Source: Macrostomum lignano
Lineage: Eukaryota
Assembly: GCA_002269645.1 (NCBI GenBank)
Contig: NIVC01002395.1
Span: 1-64,000, forward strand
Direction: 5' to 3'
DNA length: 64,000 nucleotides
This document shows, piece by piece, positions 12,075 to 24,448 of this stretch (position 1 is the stretch's first letter; every line of letters starts with the position of its first letter). The notes under the pieces are model-generated. The model saw nothing but the letters and a program-made list of their open reading frames with translations. It made no database searches and was not told where the DNA came from. Both the position numbers and the translations under genes were made by a program.

Positions 12075-12643
12075 CAGGGGCGTAGCCAGGAATTTTGATT
12101 GGGGGGGGCCGTGAGTTAGGGGGCGCCAGCTTCTTATAGGGGGGGCGCCAGCTTCTTATAGGGGGGCGCCAGTTTCTTTTAGGGGGCGCAATTTTTAGGA
12201 GGGGATGGCGCCAGTTTTTTTTAGGGGGCGCCAGTTTTTTTAGGGGCGCCAGTTTTAGGAGGGGGGGCGCCAGTTTTAGGAGAGGAGGGCGCCAGTTTTA
12301 GGAGGGGGCGCCAGTTTCTTTTAGGGGGGGGGCGCCAGTTTTTTTTAGGGGGCGGCAGTTTTTTTAGGGGGCGCCAGTTTTAGGAGGGGGGCGCCAGTTT
12401 TAGGAGGGGGGGCGCCAGTTTCTTATAGGAGGAGGGCGCCAGTTTCTTTTAGTGGGGGGGGCGCCAGTTTCTTTTAGTGGGGGGCGCCAGTTTCTTTTAG
12501 GAGATGGGCGCCTGTTTCTTTTAGTGGGAGGCGCCAGTTTCTTATAGGGGCGCCAGTTTCTTTTAGGGGGGGGGGCGCCAAGGCCAGAGTTGGTGATTGG
12601 GGGGGGCCACGGCCCCCTTGCCCCCCCTCTGGCTACGCCCCTG
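12075..12643. mobile_element. hAT-type MITE with 15-bp TIRs and 8-bp TSD, filled with a G-rich ~20-bp tandem repeat
   Basis: CAGGGGCGTAGCCAG...CTGGCTACGCCCCTG flanked by GGTTGAGC at 12067-12074 and 12644-12651. Confidence 0.9.
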
Positions 12644-12779
12644 GGTTGAGCACACATGTCGTCTGACAGTTTAGTCACATTTGCAGTTGCAGACTTGTTT
12701 GCTTTCTGCCAACAGAATCCATAATTTTTGTCTAATAACTTTAATTTCAAAATCTGAGCTCAACTACTTCGACGTCTAA

Positions 12780-13259
12780 AATTCAATGCTCTCCCGATAC
12801 AGGATTTTGGCCATAGAAAATCGTCGAAGCACGGGTTGAATATGGTTGGCCGTGTCTTGAATTCAATGCTCTCCCCTTGTACGGTTTTGGCCATAGACAA
12901 TCGTCGAAGCACGGGTTGAATATGGTTGGCCGTGTCTTGAATTCAATGCTCTCCCCTTGTACGGTTTTGGCCATAGACAATCGTCGAAGTACGGGTTGAA
13001 TATGGTTGGCCGTGTCTTGAATTCAATGCTCTCCCCTTGTACGGTTTTGGCCATAGACAATCGTCGAAGTACGGGTTGAATATGGTTGGCCGTGTCTTGA
13101 ATTCAATGCTCTCCCCTTGTACGGTTTTGGCCATAGACAATCGTCGAAGTACGGGTTGAATATGGTTGGCCGTGTCTTGAATTCAATGCTCTCCCCTTGT
13201 ACGGTTTTGGCCATAGACAATCGTCGAAGTACGGGTTGAATATGGTTGGCCGTGTCTTA
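12780..13259. repeat. 80-bp tandem repeat, ~6 copies
   Basis: Identical ORF starts are spaced by 80 bp (12783/12863/12943/13023). Confidence 0.97.
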
Positions 13260-13444
13260 TATTAGGTGCTCAACTTCCTAAATAAAATTGATAATTCTGT
13301 TTTCCTAGTTTTGACAGCTATAAAGAACAGTGTACTCAGAAGTGCTTTGAGATCTTTAATCTGTTTGTTATGTCACAATGCTTCGAGTCTCAGATGGACC
13401 CCTTCTTAATAAGTTCCTATTTCGTAAGAAATCAGGATCGCTAA

Positions 13445-13690
13445 TGGTTGGGAGGGGGGGGGGCAAAGCCAAGAGTTCTGCATGTACATGTACGTATTTT
13501 TAGAATCGGTGTTGTCAGCGCTCATTTTGGCGCCATAGGCGCTATATTTTGTCGCCCTGAAGCAAAATTATTGATTTCCATAACGGGTCACCAGGTTGGG
13601 TGTGGGGGACAAAGCATTGGCATGTCCCCCCATAGCTTCACTGCGGGGGGGGTATGCCCCCCTGCCCCCCCCCGGTGGCGACGCGCCTGT
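13445..13690. mobile_element. Probable truncated MITE remnant
   Basis: Ends in GCCCCCCTGCCCCCCCCGGTGGCGACGCGCCTG, typical of CAG-terminated MITE ends; left TIR not seen. Confidence 0.35.
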
Positions 13691-14464
13691 AAGAAATAGT
13701 TTTGTTGTTAGTCTTGAATACATAGTCACTAGTGTTGTATTGCCAGTCACTCCATTCATATTCTTTACATTAAAGCTTAAGTTTTTGTCCAATAACACAT
13801 TTTCATGTTAGTATTGCTTCAGCTTTTTAATAATTCCTGAATCTCCTATAGTGTCTACTAGTAGCATATAGTAGCATTTATCGCGTTGTGCGCAATAAAT
13901 TTATCTATTTTAGTTTATTAGGTATTTCTATTTTTCTTGTGTCTGCAAGCACGCCCACAGAATCTCAAGCTTTTCTGTTCTGCCTGTCCTTCTTGAATTC
14001 GAAAACTCGAAGAATGCGAATGCATGCGAGATAGAGGGGGGGGGGAGGAGGTGGTGGTGGAAGAGGCTGCATGGTCGAACTCAATTGATGATGCTGTGCA
14101 GTTGAATGAGTTTGAGTTATTCGTCTTTTATCTGCATTGTTTAGTTTAGCTCACGCACTGCTTCTCTGTCCCAATCTCTCTATTCTATTCTCGTCTCATC
14201 TCATCACCCTGGCCAGGCTCGCCGCACACTCGCGCGGGGCACACCCTGTCCTCCATTGTGCGCGAAAATATTTACTTGCCGCCGACGTAAGGGGCCAACG
14301 CCCCAAAAGGTACCAGCAGTCTTTTTATTAGCCTTCCATCTTTATCTAAATCCGTATTTTACAGGCTTTGGGCTTAACTTCAACCAGTATTTAAAGTTTT
14401 TTTTAACTAAAATAATTATTAATTGTTGAATTACTTCAGCGCGCCAGGAAGCAAATTTGTTTCA

Positions 14465-17400
14465 ATGCTAAACGGCAAAGCCAGAATGCAGGCCGGCGGA
14501 ATGGCCGATCCCTACCATCGCCAGCTTCAGTATCCTCGCCAGCCTCAGCAGCATCAGCAGCCTCAGCAGTATCAGCAGCCTCAGCAGCATCATCAGCATC
14601 AGCAGCCTCAGCAGCCTCAGCAGTATCAGCAGCCTCAGCAGCATCAGCAGTATCAGCAGCCTCAGCAGCATCACCAGCATCAGATGCAGCGTCAGTCCCA
14701 GCCTCACCAGCAGAGGCCGTTGCGCGAGTACGACGTGCTTCATCTGGCCAGCTTCACGGCCGGTCGGGCCAGACGCCTCAGCCCCGAGGAGGGCCTCCAC
14801 AAGCTGCAGCAGATGGAGTCCAGCACAGGCCTATGGGAGATGCAGTGCTGGCTGCAGCTCACCCAATCCGCTCTGCACATTGTTGATCGGCGCAACGGCG
14901 AACTGATGGAGCAGTTCGCTTTGGCTCGGATCCGACAGCCCGTGGCATTCGAAGGCGGCGGACCTCGCGGCTACGACAGTATCCTGCTGTTCAGCATCGA
15001 GGAGCCGACCGGCTCGTGGGAGATGCATATCTTCAACTGTCCGCTGGCCGCTAATTCGGCATCGCGCATTGCCAAGGAGATTCACCAGCTGCTGCAGGGC
15101 GAGCGCCTGCCAACGGCTGGTGAGCAGCCAGTCAGCGCCCCCGGAGGAGGTGGCCGCCAGCAGCGTCAGCATCCGCCGCATCAGCACAACCTGCAGCCTG
15201 GGAGAAATTTCGCTCCGATTGCAGAATCCCGTCTGGCACCGTTGGGAGAGGGCGGCGGGCAGCAGCAGCAGCAGCAGCAGGACTCGGAGCGGCTAGTGCA
15301 CATTCTGAACCGCTGCTTCGACGAGATTGAAGCCTTCGTTGGACGAGTTGGGGAAGCAGGTCGAGCTCGCCAGATGCTTCAGGTGCGTCCTAAGTTGATG
15401 CAGCTTATTTGAACTCTTTGAACTCAGAGGTCCCGAATCTGAAATCATGGATACCGAATCTAAAATCAGAGATCCCGAATCTGAAATCAGAGATCTCGAA
15501 TCTGAAATCAGAGATCCCGAATCTGAAATCAGAGATCCCGAATCTGAACACAGAGATCCCGAATCTGAAGTCAGAGATCCCGAATCTGAAATCAGAGATA
15601 CCGAATCTGAAATCAGAGATCCCGAATCTGAACTCAGAGATCCCGAATCTGAACTCAGAGATCCCGAATCTGAAATCAGAGATACCGAATCTGAAATCAG
15701 AGATCCCGAATCTGAACTCAGAGATCCCGAATCTGAACTCAGAGATCCCGAATCTGAACTCAGAGATCCCGAATCTGAACACAGAGATCCCGAATCTGAA
15801 CACAGAGATCCCGAATCTGAACACAGAGATCCCGAATCTGAAATCAGCGATCCCGAATCTGAAATCAGCGATCCCGAATCTGAACTCAGAGATCCCGAAT
15901 CTGAACTCAGCGATCCCGAATCTGAACACAGAGATCCCGAATCTGAGCTCAGAGATCCCGAATCTGAACTCAGAGATCCCGAATCTGAACACGGAGATCC
16001 CGAATCAGAACTCAGAGATCCCGAATCTGAACTCAGAGATCCCGAATCTGAACACAGAGATCCCAAATCTGAACTCAGAGATCCCGAATCTGAACTCAGA
16101 GATCCCGAATCTGAACTCAGAGATCCCGAATCTGAACACAGAGATCCCGAATCTGAAGTCAGAGATCCCGAATCTGAAATCAGAGATACCGAATCTGAAA
16201 TCAGAGATCCCGAATCTGAACTCAGAGATCCCGAATCTGAACTCAGAGATCCCGAATCTGAACTCAGCGATCCCGAATCTGAACACAGAGATCCCGAATC
16301 TGAGCTCAGAGATCCCGAATCTGAACTCAGAGATCCCGAATCTGAACACGGAGATCCCGAATCAGAACTCAGAGATCCCGAATCTGAACTCAGAGATCCC
16401 GAATCTGAACACAGAGATCCCAAATCTGAACTCAGAGATTCCGAATTTGAACTCAGAGATCCCGAATCTGAACACAGAGATCCCGAATCTGAACTCAGAG
16501 ATCCCGAATCTAAACACAGAGATCCTATTATATTATTATACTATACTATTATTAAATGATTATATAAATGCTCATGTAATCGCAATCCTTCAAGCTTGCC
16601 AAGTTACCTATCCAAACTCTAACCTTTTTCAGTCGGGTCAACCGCAGGTAAATAAGATAGAGCAACAGCTCGCCAGATATAGCTTTGTATGTTTAGTTTT
16701 GCTTTTCCTGTAGTTAGAAATTTCACATTTTTTGAAGATAGATTGACTCAATGAATTTTAATTACGATTATGGATGATGACCTGAATAAGCTTTTTGTTC
16801 TGATATGTGTCGACAGGTTCTTTTACGCTTGTAGTATCTATAAGTAGCATTCACAATCTACAATCCTTAAATATTAATATACTACTAATTCCCCTACTAA
16901 ATATCCAAGTGATAAATTGTATTATTGTATATCCTGTCTATTTTTTAGTTTTCGTAGAAAAGACGATTTTTAATCATTATTTCAATTAATGTTGTTTTAC
17001 ATCAATAAAAACAGAGGCGGTGAGCTGAGGACAGGCGGGTAGCAGAGGTCAGCTGAGTGCAGGCGGGTAGGGTAGCAGAGGTCAGCTGAGGACAGGCGGG
17101 TAGCAGAGGTCAGCTGAGGACAGGCGGGTAGGGTAGCAGAGGTCAGCTGAGGACATACGGATAGCAGAGGTCAGCTGAGGACAGGCTGGTAGCAGAGGTC
17201 AGCTGAGGACATACGGATAGCAGAGGTCAGGTGAGGACAGGCGGGTAGCAGGGGTCAGCTGAGTGCAGGCGGGTAGCAGAGGTCAGCTGAGTGCAGGTGG
17301 GTAGCAGAGGTCAGCTGAGTGCAGGCGGGTAGCAGAGGTCAGGTGAGGACAGGCGGGTAGCAGAGGTCAGCTGAGGACAGGCGGGTAGGGTAGCAGAGGT

Positions 17401-20400
17401 CAGCTGAGGACATACGGATAGCAGAGGTCAGCTGAGTGCAGGCGGGTAGCAGAGGTCAGCTGAGGACAGGCGGGTAGCAGAGGTCAGCTGAGTGCAGGCG
17501 GGTAGCAGAGGTCAGGTGAGGACAGGCGAGTAGCAGAGGTCAGCTGAGGACAGGCGGGTAGCAGAGGTCAGCTGAGTGCAGGCGGGTAGCAGAGGTCAGG
17601 TGAGTGCAGGCGGGTAGCAGAGGTCAGCTGAGTGCAGGTGGGTAGCAGAGGTCAGCTGAGTGCAGGCGGGTAGCAGAGGTCAGCTGAGTGCAGGCGGGTA
17701 GCAGAGGTCAGCTGAGTGCAGGTGGGTAGCAGAGGTCAGCTGAGTGCAGGCGGGTAGCAGAGGTCAGCTGAGTGCAGGCGGGTAGCAGAGGTCAGCTGAG
17801 TGCAGGTGGGTAGCAGAGGTCAGCTGAGTGCAGGCGGGTAGCAGAGGTCAGCTGAGTGCAGGCGGGTAGCAGAGGTCAGCTGAGTGCAGGCGGGTAGCAG
17901 AGGTCAGCTGAGGACAGGCGGGTAGCAGAGGTCAGCTGAGGACAGGCGGGCAGTAGCACCGAATCACTAAGGCAGCAATCAGTGATGAGACACCAATGAA
18001 GCAGCAGCATCCCCAAACTTTGCCCACCTCAGTCGGGCTCGGCGCAGAGCCGCGGCCTGCTTCAAATGCGCGCCCGGATGCCGGCAACCGAGCAGTTCGT
18101 TGAGACGCTGAAGAAGGTCAAACTGGCGCTGAATCTGCTCGGCCGTCTGGAAGGTCGAATTCACCAGCCCAATGCCCCCGAGCTGGTGCACTTTCTGTTC
18201 ACCCCGCTGGCTGTGCTGGTTGACTCGCTAGGCGGAGTTGACCTGCCATCCAGGGTGCTGTCGCCGCTGCTCACCCGCCAGGCCATCGCTCTGCTCAAGC
18301 ACTGTTTGAGTTCGCGCGAATCCGAACTGTGGTATTCGCTTGGCCCGGCCTGGACGTGTAACAGGCAGCAGTGGCTGCAGGAGCACGGCAGGCCGGACCA
18401 GGTGCCCGACTACCGACTGTGCTTTCAGGTAGGCATTGCCAAATTAATAATTTAATTAATAGTTGCTAAATCCCGATAGATCAGTCCCTATAGATCAGTC
18501 CCGATAGATCAGTCCCGATAGATCAGTTTCGATAGATCAATCTCGATAGATCAGTCCCGATAGATCAGTCCCAATAGATCAGTCCCGATACATCAGTCCC
18601 GATAGATCAGTCCCAATAGATCAGTCCCGATACATCAGTCCCAATAGATCAGTCTCGATAGATCATTCCCGATAGATCATTCCCGATAGATCAGTCCCGA
18701 TAGATCAGTCCCAATAGATCAGTCCCGATACATCAGTCCCGATAGATCAGTCTCGATAGATCATTCCCGATAGATCAGTCCCGATAGATCAGTCCCGATA
18801 GATCAGTCCCGATAGATCAGTCCCGATAGATCAGTCCCGATAGATCAGTCCCGATAGATCAGTCCCGATAGATCAGTCCCGATTTCCGTCAGCTCGTCTC
18901 GTACCAAATAGTCCCAGCGGTAGGAACTAGCCATTCTCATTTTTTGCATCTGTTGCCCCTGATTGCAGGACGGCTGGGAGCCGCAGCTGGACCCGGAGCT
19001 GCTGGGCCAGGAGGACGTCGCCGCGCTGCCCTCCCCAATTTTTCAGGCGCCGTCGCCGAGGGTAAGAAGGCATTTGTGACTTCAGTGTCACTTGACCTCA
19101 CTTGACCTCAGTGTCACTTGACCTCAGTGTCACTTGACCTCAGTGTCACTTGACCTCAGTGTCACTTGACCTCAGTGTCACTTGACCTCAGTGTCACTTG
19201 ACCTCAGTGTCACTTGACCTCAGTGTCACTTGACCTCAGTGTCACTTGACCTCAGTGTCACTTGACCTCAGTGTCACTTGACCTCAGTGTCACTTGACCT
19301 CAGTGTCACTTGACCTCAGTGTCACTTGACCTCAGTGTCACTTGACCTCACTGGCACTTGACCTCACTGGCACTTGACCTCAGTGTCACTTGACCTCACT
19401 TGACCTCAGTGTCACTTGACCTCAGTGTCACTTGACCTCAGTGTCACTTGACCTCACTTGACCTCAGTGTCACTTGACCTCACTTGACCTCAGTGTCACT
19501 TGACCTCACTGTCACTTGACCTCAGTGTCACTTGACCTCACTTGACCTCAGTGTCACTTGACCTCAGTGTCACTTGACCTCAGTGTCACTTGACCTCAGT
19601 GTCACCTGACCTCAGTGTCACTTGACCTCAGTGTCACTTGACCTCAGTGTCACTTGACCTCAGTGTCACTTGACCTCAGTGTCACTTGACCTCAGTGTCA
19701 CTTGACCTCAGTGTCACTTGACCTCAGTGTCACTTGACCTCAGTGTCACTTGACCTCACTGTCACTTGACATCAAAGCCTCCCAAGTCGCTAGGAATATA
19801 TTATTTTTTTTAATGTTGACAATAGTAAAATCATTTTTTTATTTCGAGTATTTTTTGTCTGTTAGAAATAAACTTACTATTTTATCTATTCCAGATCAAA
19901 TAGCGGTTTCTGAACAGAATATTCAAATTTGACTTTCTGTTTAGCAAAGCTCTCTATGCTCGGATATTTTACCTTTTTTGCGATTATACTTTATTAGCTT
20001 GATTTTGAATAAAAACTTGTTTGTCTTAGAATTTTTTATGCAATTGTTTCATTAGCGCAAACTCTGCGATGTACCTATTTAGTTCCTAATTAGTTCCTTG
20101 GCTTTCGGTCCGTGGGCTTTTAACTTATCACTGTCGTTGTTAGTCATTACTATTTCTTCTACTTAGCTATGGCCTAAACACGGTGGATTGTGACCCAAAG
20201 CACTGTAGGTTGTGACCCACTACACTGTAGGTTGTGACCCACTACACTGTAGGTTGTGACCCACTACACTGTAGGTTGTGACCCACTACACTGTAGGTTG
20301 TGACCCACTACACTGTAGGTTGTGACCCACTACACTGTAGGTTGTGACCCACTACACTGTAGGTTGTGACCCACTACACTGTAGGTTGTGACCCACTACA

Positions 20401-21945
20401 CTGTAGGTTGTGACCCACTACACTGTAGGTTGTGACCCACTACACTGTAGGTTGTGACCCACTACACTGTAGGTTGTGACCCACTACACTGTAGGTTGTG
20501 ACCCACTACACTGTAGGTTGTGACCCACTACACTAGATTGTGCTCGAGGTTTCAAAGTGTAAAACAGATTCACCAATGGCTATTTTTGCATAAGGCAGTC
20601 AGGTGTGGGGTTTACCAGCCTTTTAAATTACACTTGCTATTTAGCACAATGAATAGGTGTGGCTATTTATTATTTAAAAGTACATCTTGATCGATATTTA
20701 CCGCCGCGCCGTTCTCTTGTCTGAAAAGGCGCCTCGTGGAATCGGCGCCGGCGCCGCCTACAGCGGGCCAAACAATGGCGGCGGCGCGTTCGAGGCGCAC
20801 CAGTACCGGAAGCCGCGCCCCATCAACTCGGTGGTTGTGCCCGACCAGATACCCGGCTTTGACGCTGTCGATCAGGACGACCCGCCGCCTTCAATGCTGC
20901 GCCGCTCATTCCAGCAGCCGCCATCGCCCTCGCCTACCCCGCCGCCGCCTCCGCCGCCACCGCCGCCTCCGCCGCCGCCACCGCCGCCTCCGCAAGCTTC
21001 TCAGCCGCAGCCTCGCTATCATCATCAGCAGCAGCAGCGGCCAGGCAATCAGCAGCAGTTTGGCCAGCTGGAAGCTGCGCTTGTCAACCAGCAGCAGGAT
21101 GTAAGTTTCAAATTCAGTAAACTCGAAACTTCCATAAACTCGAAACTTCCATAAACTTGAAGCTTTCATAAACTCGAAGCTTCCATAAGCTCGAAGCTTC
21201 AATAAACTCGAAGCTTCCATAAGCTCGAAGCTTCAATAAGCTCAAAGCTTCCATAAGCTCGAAGCATCTATAAGCTCGAAGCTTCCATAAGCTCGAAGCT
21301 TCCATAAGCTCGAAGCTTCCATAAGCTCGAAGCTTCCATAAGCTCGAAGCTTCCATAAGCTCGAAGCTTCCATAAACTCGAAGCTTCCATAAGCTCGAAG
21401 CTTCAATAAACTCGAAGCTTCCACAAGCTCGAAGCTTCCATAAGCTCGAACCTTTTGAGCTCGTAAAATCCACCTCTAAATGACACCTACTGTCAACTAC
21501 TTCTCGAACACCCACCCCAACCTCAAAACCGAAAAATTCTCAGGACCTCCGTCGCCGCCAGATGGGAGCGGTGGCGAACGCTGCGGCAGCCGCCGCGGCC
21601 GCTCGTCAGTCGATGCTGGCGCCGGACAGCCCACCGACTCCGCCGCACCAGCCGCAGCAGCACCGGCGGCAGCCAATCAATGCCGGTTACTATCCGAACC
21701 AGCACCAGCAGCCGCTCCCGAGCAGTTGGGAGGAGCAGCAGGAGCAGCTTCGGCGCGAGGCCGAACAGCGCGGCAGCCGGTTGGTGCAGTCGATCCACGA
21801 CAAAACCGGCCGCAACGCTAAGGAGCTCTCGGTGCGTCGAGGCGAAATTCTTGAAGTTCTGGACGACTCGCGCAATTGGTGGCAGCTGCGCAATTGCGTT
21901 GGGGAAGTCGGACACGCGCCCTACACCATACTGCGGGTGCTGTAG
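14465..21945 (+). CDS. EPS8: EPS8-family adaptor (PTB - central EPS8 region - Pro-rich - SH3); exons 14465-15382, [16633-16647?], 18033-18428, 18969-19061, 20729-21100, 21544-21945
   Basis: PTB (YDVLHLASF..GLWEMQC..EMHIFNC); LNRCFDEIEAF; LALNLLGRL..PNAPELVHFLFTPL..SPLLT..LW.SLG.AW; DGWEP; SH3 (RNAKELSVRRGEILEVLDDSRNWWQLRN..GHAPYTIL). All junctions GT-AG, phase 0. Confidence 0.92.
15420..16525. repeat. 21-bp minisatellite (GAGATCCCGAATCTGAACTCA)n in EPS8 intron
   Basis: Direct; gives stop-free pseudo-ORFs on both strands. Confidence 0.97.
17014..17952. repeat. 28-bp minisatellite (GAGTGCAGGCGGGTAGCAGAGGTCAGCT)n in EPS8 intron
   Basis: Direct. Confidence 0.97.
18472..18882. repeat. 14-bp minisatellite (GATAGATCAGTCCC)n in EPS8 intron
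   Basis: Direct. Confidence 0.97.
19075..19770. repeat. 16-bp minisatellite (CAGTGTCACTTGACCT)n in EPS8 intron
   Basis: Direct. Confidence 0.97.
20188..20533. repeat. 22-bp minisatellite (CACTACACTGTAGGTTGTGACC)n in EPS8 intron
   Basis: Direct; near-perfect copies. Confidence 0.97.
21118..21450. repeat. 17-bp minisatellite (AAGCTCGAAGCTTCCAT)n in EPS8 intron
   Basis: Direct. Confidence 0.95.
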
Positions 21946-22004
21946 GCGTGGCCGGCTCCTTGATAAAGTAATCACATTGAGTAAAAACCCAGCATTCATT
22001 TAAA

Positions 22005-22322
22005 GACGCAGTCAATCGTATTCAACCAATGCTTCTACTTTCGTCTATGGTCGAAACACCGCCTGAGGTCTGTGGCACAGGCAGAGCATTGAATTCAAGA
22101 ACACAGACAAGTGGAGCTGGACAGGCCACCAGAACACATGAGGTCTGACAGTTTAGTAGTCACACTTGCAGACTTGTTCACAAAATATACAATTTTTTGT
22201 TAAATTGTTCCGAGGTTAAAGTCTGAAATTCAATGGGTTTTGGCCATAGACAATCGGCGAATCACGGGTTGAAGATATCTGGCCGCGTCTGAAACTGAAT
22301 GCTCAACTTCTTGAATAAAATG
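22005..22322. mobile_element. Compact copy of the inverted-repeat element seen at 11769-13290
   Basis: Colinear similarity; lacks the hAT MITE and has a single copy of the 80-bp unit. Confidence 0.75.
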
Positions 22323-23219
22323 AATTATGAAATATAGCTGGCACCAGAAAAGCAGGAAGTTGTTCCAATCAACCCATGTATACTTTGCTTTCTTTCCTGT
22401 GATGTCTTTAACAAGTATTTTCTCACATTTTTTTCTGCAACTAACGCGCTCTTCATGCTACTCACTCCAATCACTTCCAACAGTAGTCTATAAAAGGCTA
22501 TGGTAGTTGGATTTTTATTTACCTATTCCCGATTTTTTGGTTAACCAGAAATCCACTGGACTTCCTGAAGTGTTTCGCTGCTCAGACCTTAATTATCTGC
22601 TTGCCAGAGCCTTTAAATCTTTGCCTGTGTTTTACCGATTTGTCAAAGAAAGCCGAACAGCTGATTGCAGAACTCCACGGCTCCTTTTCTCTGGAATCTC
22701 AAATCTCTTAGCTTGTTGTTTTTTTTTTAAATTCTAACCAAATAAAACATTCCAATTGTTCCTCTGTTTTGCCGTTGAACTCGGCGTCCACTGATGTTTT
22801 TTGCGACTGGTTTACTAATACATACCAAGCTGTATTACTGAGTGGAATTCACTATTTACCTGCTGATGTTGTTTCTGTATATCTACCTGTTTTATTTGTG
22901 CGTTAACATTTTCGGTCTTTAACTTTAACAATTAAATGTACCGACAAGAAGTGAACTGGTGCCTTCAGTTCTTGCTTTGTTTTTTCTTAAACATTTTTAT
23001 AAAGTAAAATACAGATGAACAAAAAATTAACAAATCTGCTATTGTCTTGAGCTGAAGCTAAAATTTATTTTTTTTAAAATGAAACTTATTCATTCTTCTG
23101 TTTTCAATCTGAAATCTCATCACAGTTGAATCAATGAGACAGTGATAAAATTATTTTCCAAATAGAACATCCTGTAGTTTAGTCGGCTTGTTATAAGTGT
23201 TAACTCATAACAAGTCGGG

Positions 23220-23950
23220 TCATAAATGAGTTAGAGTCGGGTCATAAATGAGGTGGACTCCTGTCATAAATGAGTATGAGTTGCATCATGAGCTTGAGTC
23301 ATGTCATAAATGAGTATGAGTTGCATCATGAGCTTGAGTCATGTCATAAATGAGTTGGAGTCTGATCATGAGCTTGAGTCATGTCATAAATGAGTTGGAG
23401 TCGGATCATGAGCTTGAGTCATGTCATAAATGAGTTGGAGTCGGATCATGATCTTGAGTCATGTCATAAATGAGTTGGAGTCGGATCATGAGCTTGAGTC
23501 ATGTCATAAATGAGTTGGAGTCTGATCATGAGCTTGAGTCATGTCATAAATGAGTTGGAGTCGGATCATGAGCTTGAGTCATGTCATAAATGAGTTGGAG
23601 TCGGATCATGAGCTTGAGTCATGTCATAAATGAGTTGGAGTCGGATCATGATCTTGAGTCATGTCATAAATGAGTTGGAGTCGGATCATGATCTTGAGTC
23701 ATGTCATAAATGAGTTGGAGTCGGATCATGAGCTTGAGTCATGTCATAAATGAGTTGGAGTCTGATCATGAGCTTGAGTCATGTCATAAATGAGTTGGAG
23801 TCGGATCATGAGCTTGAGTCATGTCATAAATGAGTTGGAGTCGGATCATGAGCTTGAGTCATGTCATAAATGAGTTGGAGTCGGATCATTATCTTGAGTC
23901 ATGTCATAAATGAGTTGGAGTCGGATCATTATCTTGAGTCATGTCATAAA
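23220..23950. repeat. 40-bp minisatellite (TCATAAATGAGTTGGAGTCGGATCATGAGCTTGAGTCATG)n upstream of AK1
   Basis: Direct; register recurs every 120 bp (3 units). Confidence 0.97.
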
Positions 23951-24448
23951 TTTGGTACTAATAGCGACTGCTTACTACTTAGTAAGTCTACATTCAGTTT
24001 CTAAATCTAAAAAAAATTCCTACCCCTACTATGCACTGTTGACGTTAGCGACACAAACCCCTTCCTTTTGCACTGCAGTTATGAAATTTGCATTTCCACT
24101 CTCTCTCTCTGCGCCTTGGGTTCTGCAGTGTACAGTATTTTTTCATTATATTCCTGTACAGCCAAGGCCTGTGGGTGTACATATGGCGGTAGTGTCTCGT
24201 GCTCGTCACTCACGCCCAACCCTCCCCCCCTATAATTACGACCTTGCAGTGTAGTGTGGCTGTTTGAATGGGCATAATCTAGACAGAAAAAGGGTTCGTT
24301 TGTAAGCAATTCTTTTTGCATTATATAGCCATTTAACTTGTGAAGTTTCAAGTTAACACGCCAGAAAGCAATTCATTCAACACACTTGGGCATCTTTTTC
24401 TTTCTTTTTCAATTGAAAACGGCTTTTTAGGCATTAATAATCAGTATC

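Larger units (their letters stand above)
11769..13290. mobile_element. Dispersed non-autonomous element with imperfect long inverted repeats (expanded copy); compact copy at 22005-22322
   Basis: GACGCAG.CAATC..ATTCAACCAAT..TTTCGTCTATGGT.AAACACCGCCT..TCTGTGGCACAGGCAGAGCATTGAATTCAAGA is shared with 22005 onward. GTCTGACAGTTTAG and TGCTCAACTTC..AATAAAAT are also shared. Confidence 0.8.

Noticed and set aside
12780-13259. Regular repeats as a CRISPR-like array
   Set aside because: No unique spacers, eukaryotic context and no cas genes; the same applies to all other arrays.
15293-16713. 370-434 aa ORFs (SEIPNLN / RDPESEL / SDSGSLS)
   Set aside because: Stop-free frames of a 21-bp intronic satellite; EPS8 exon 1 has a good donor at 15383.
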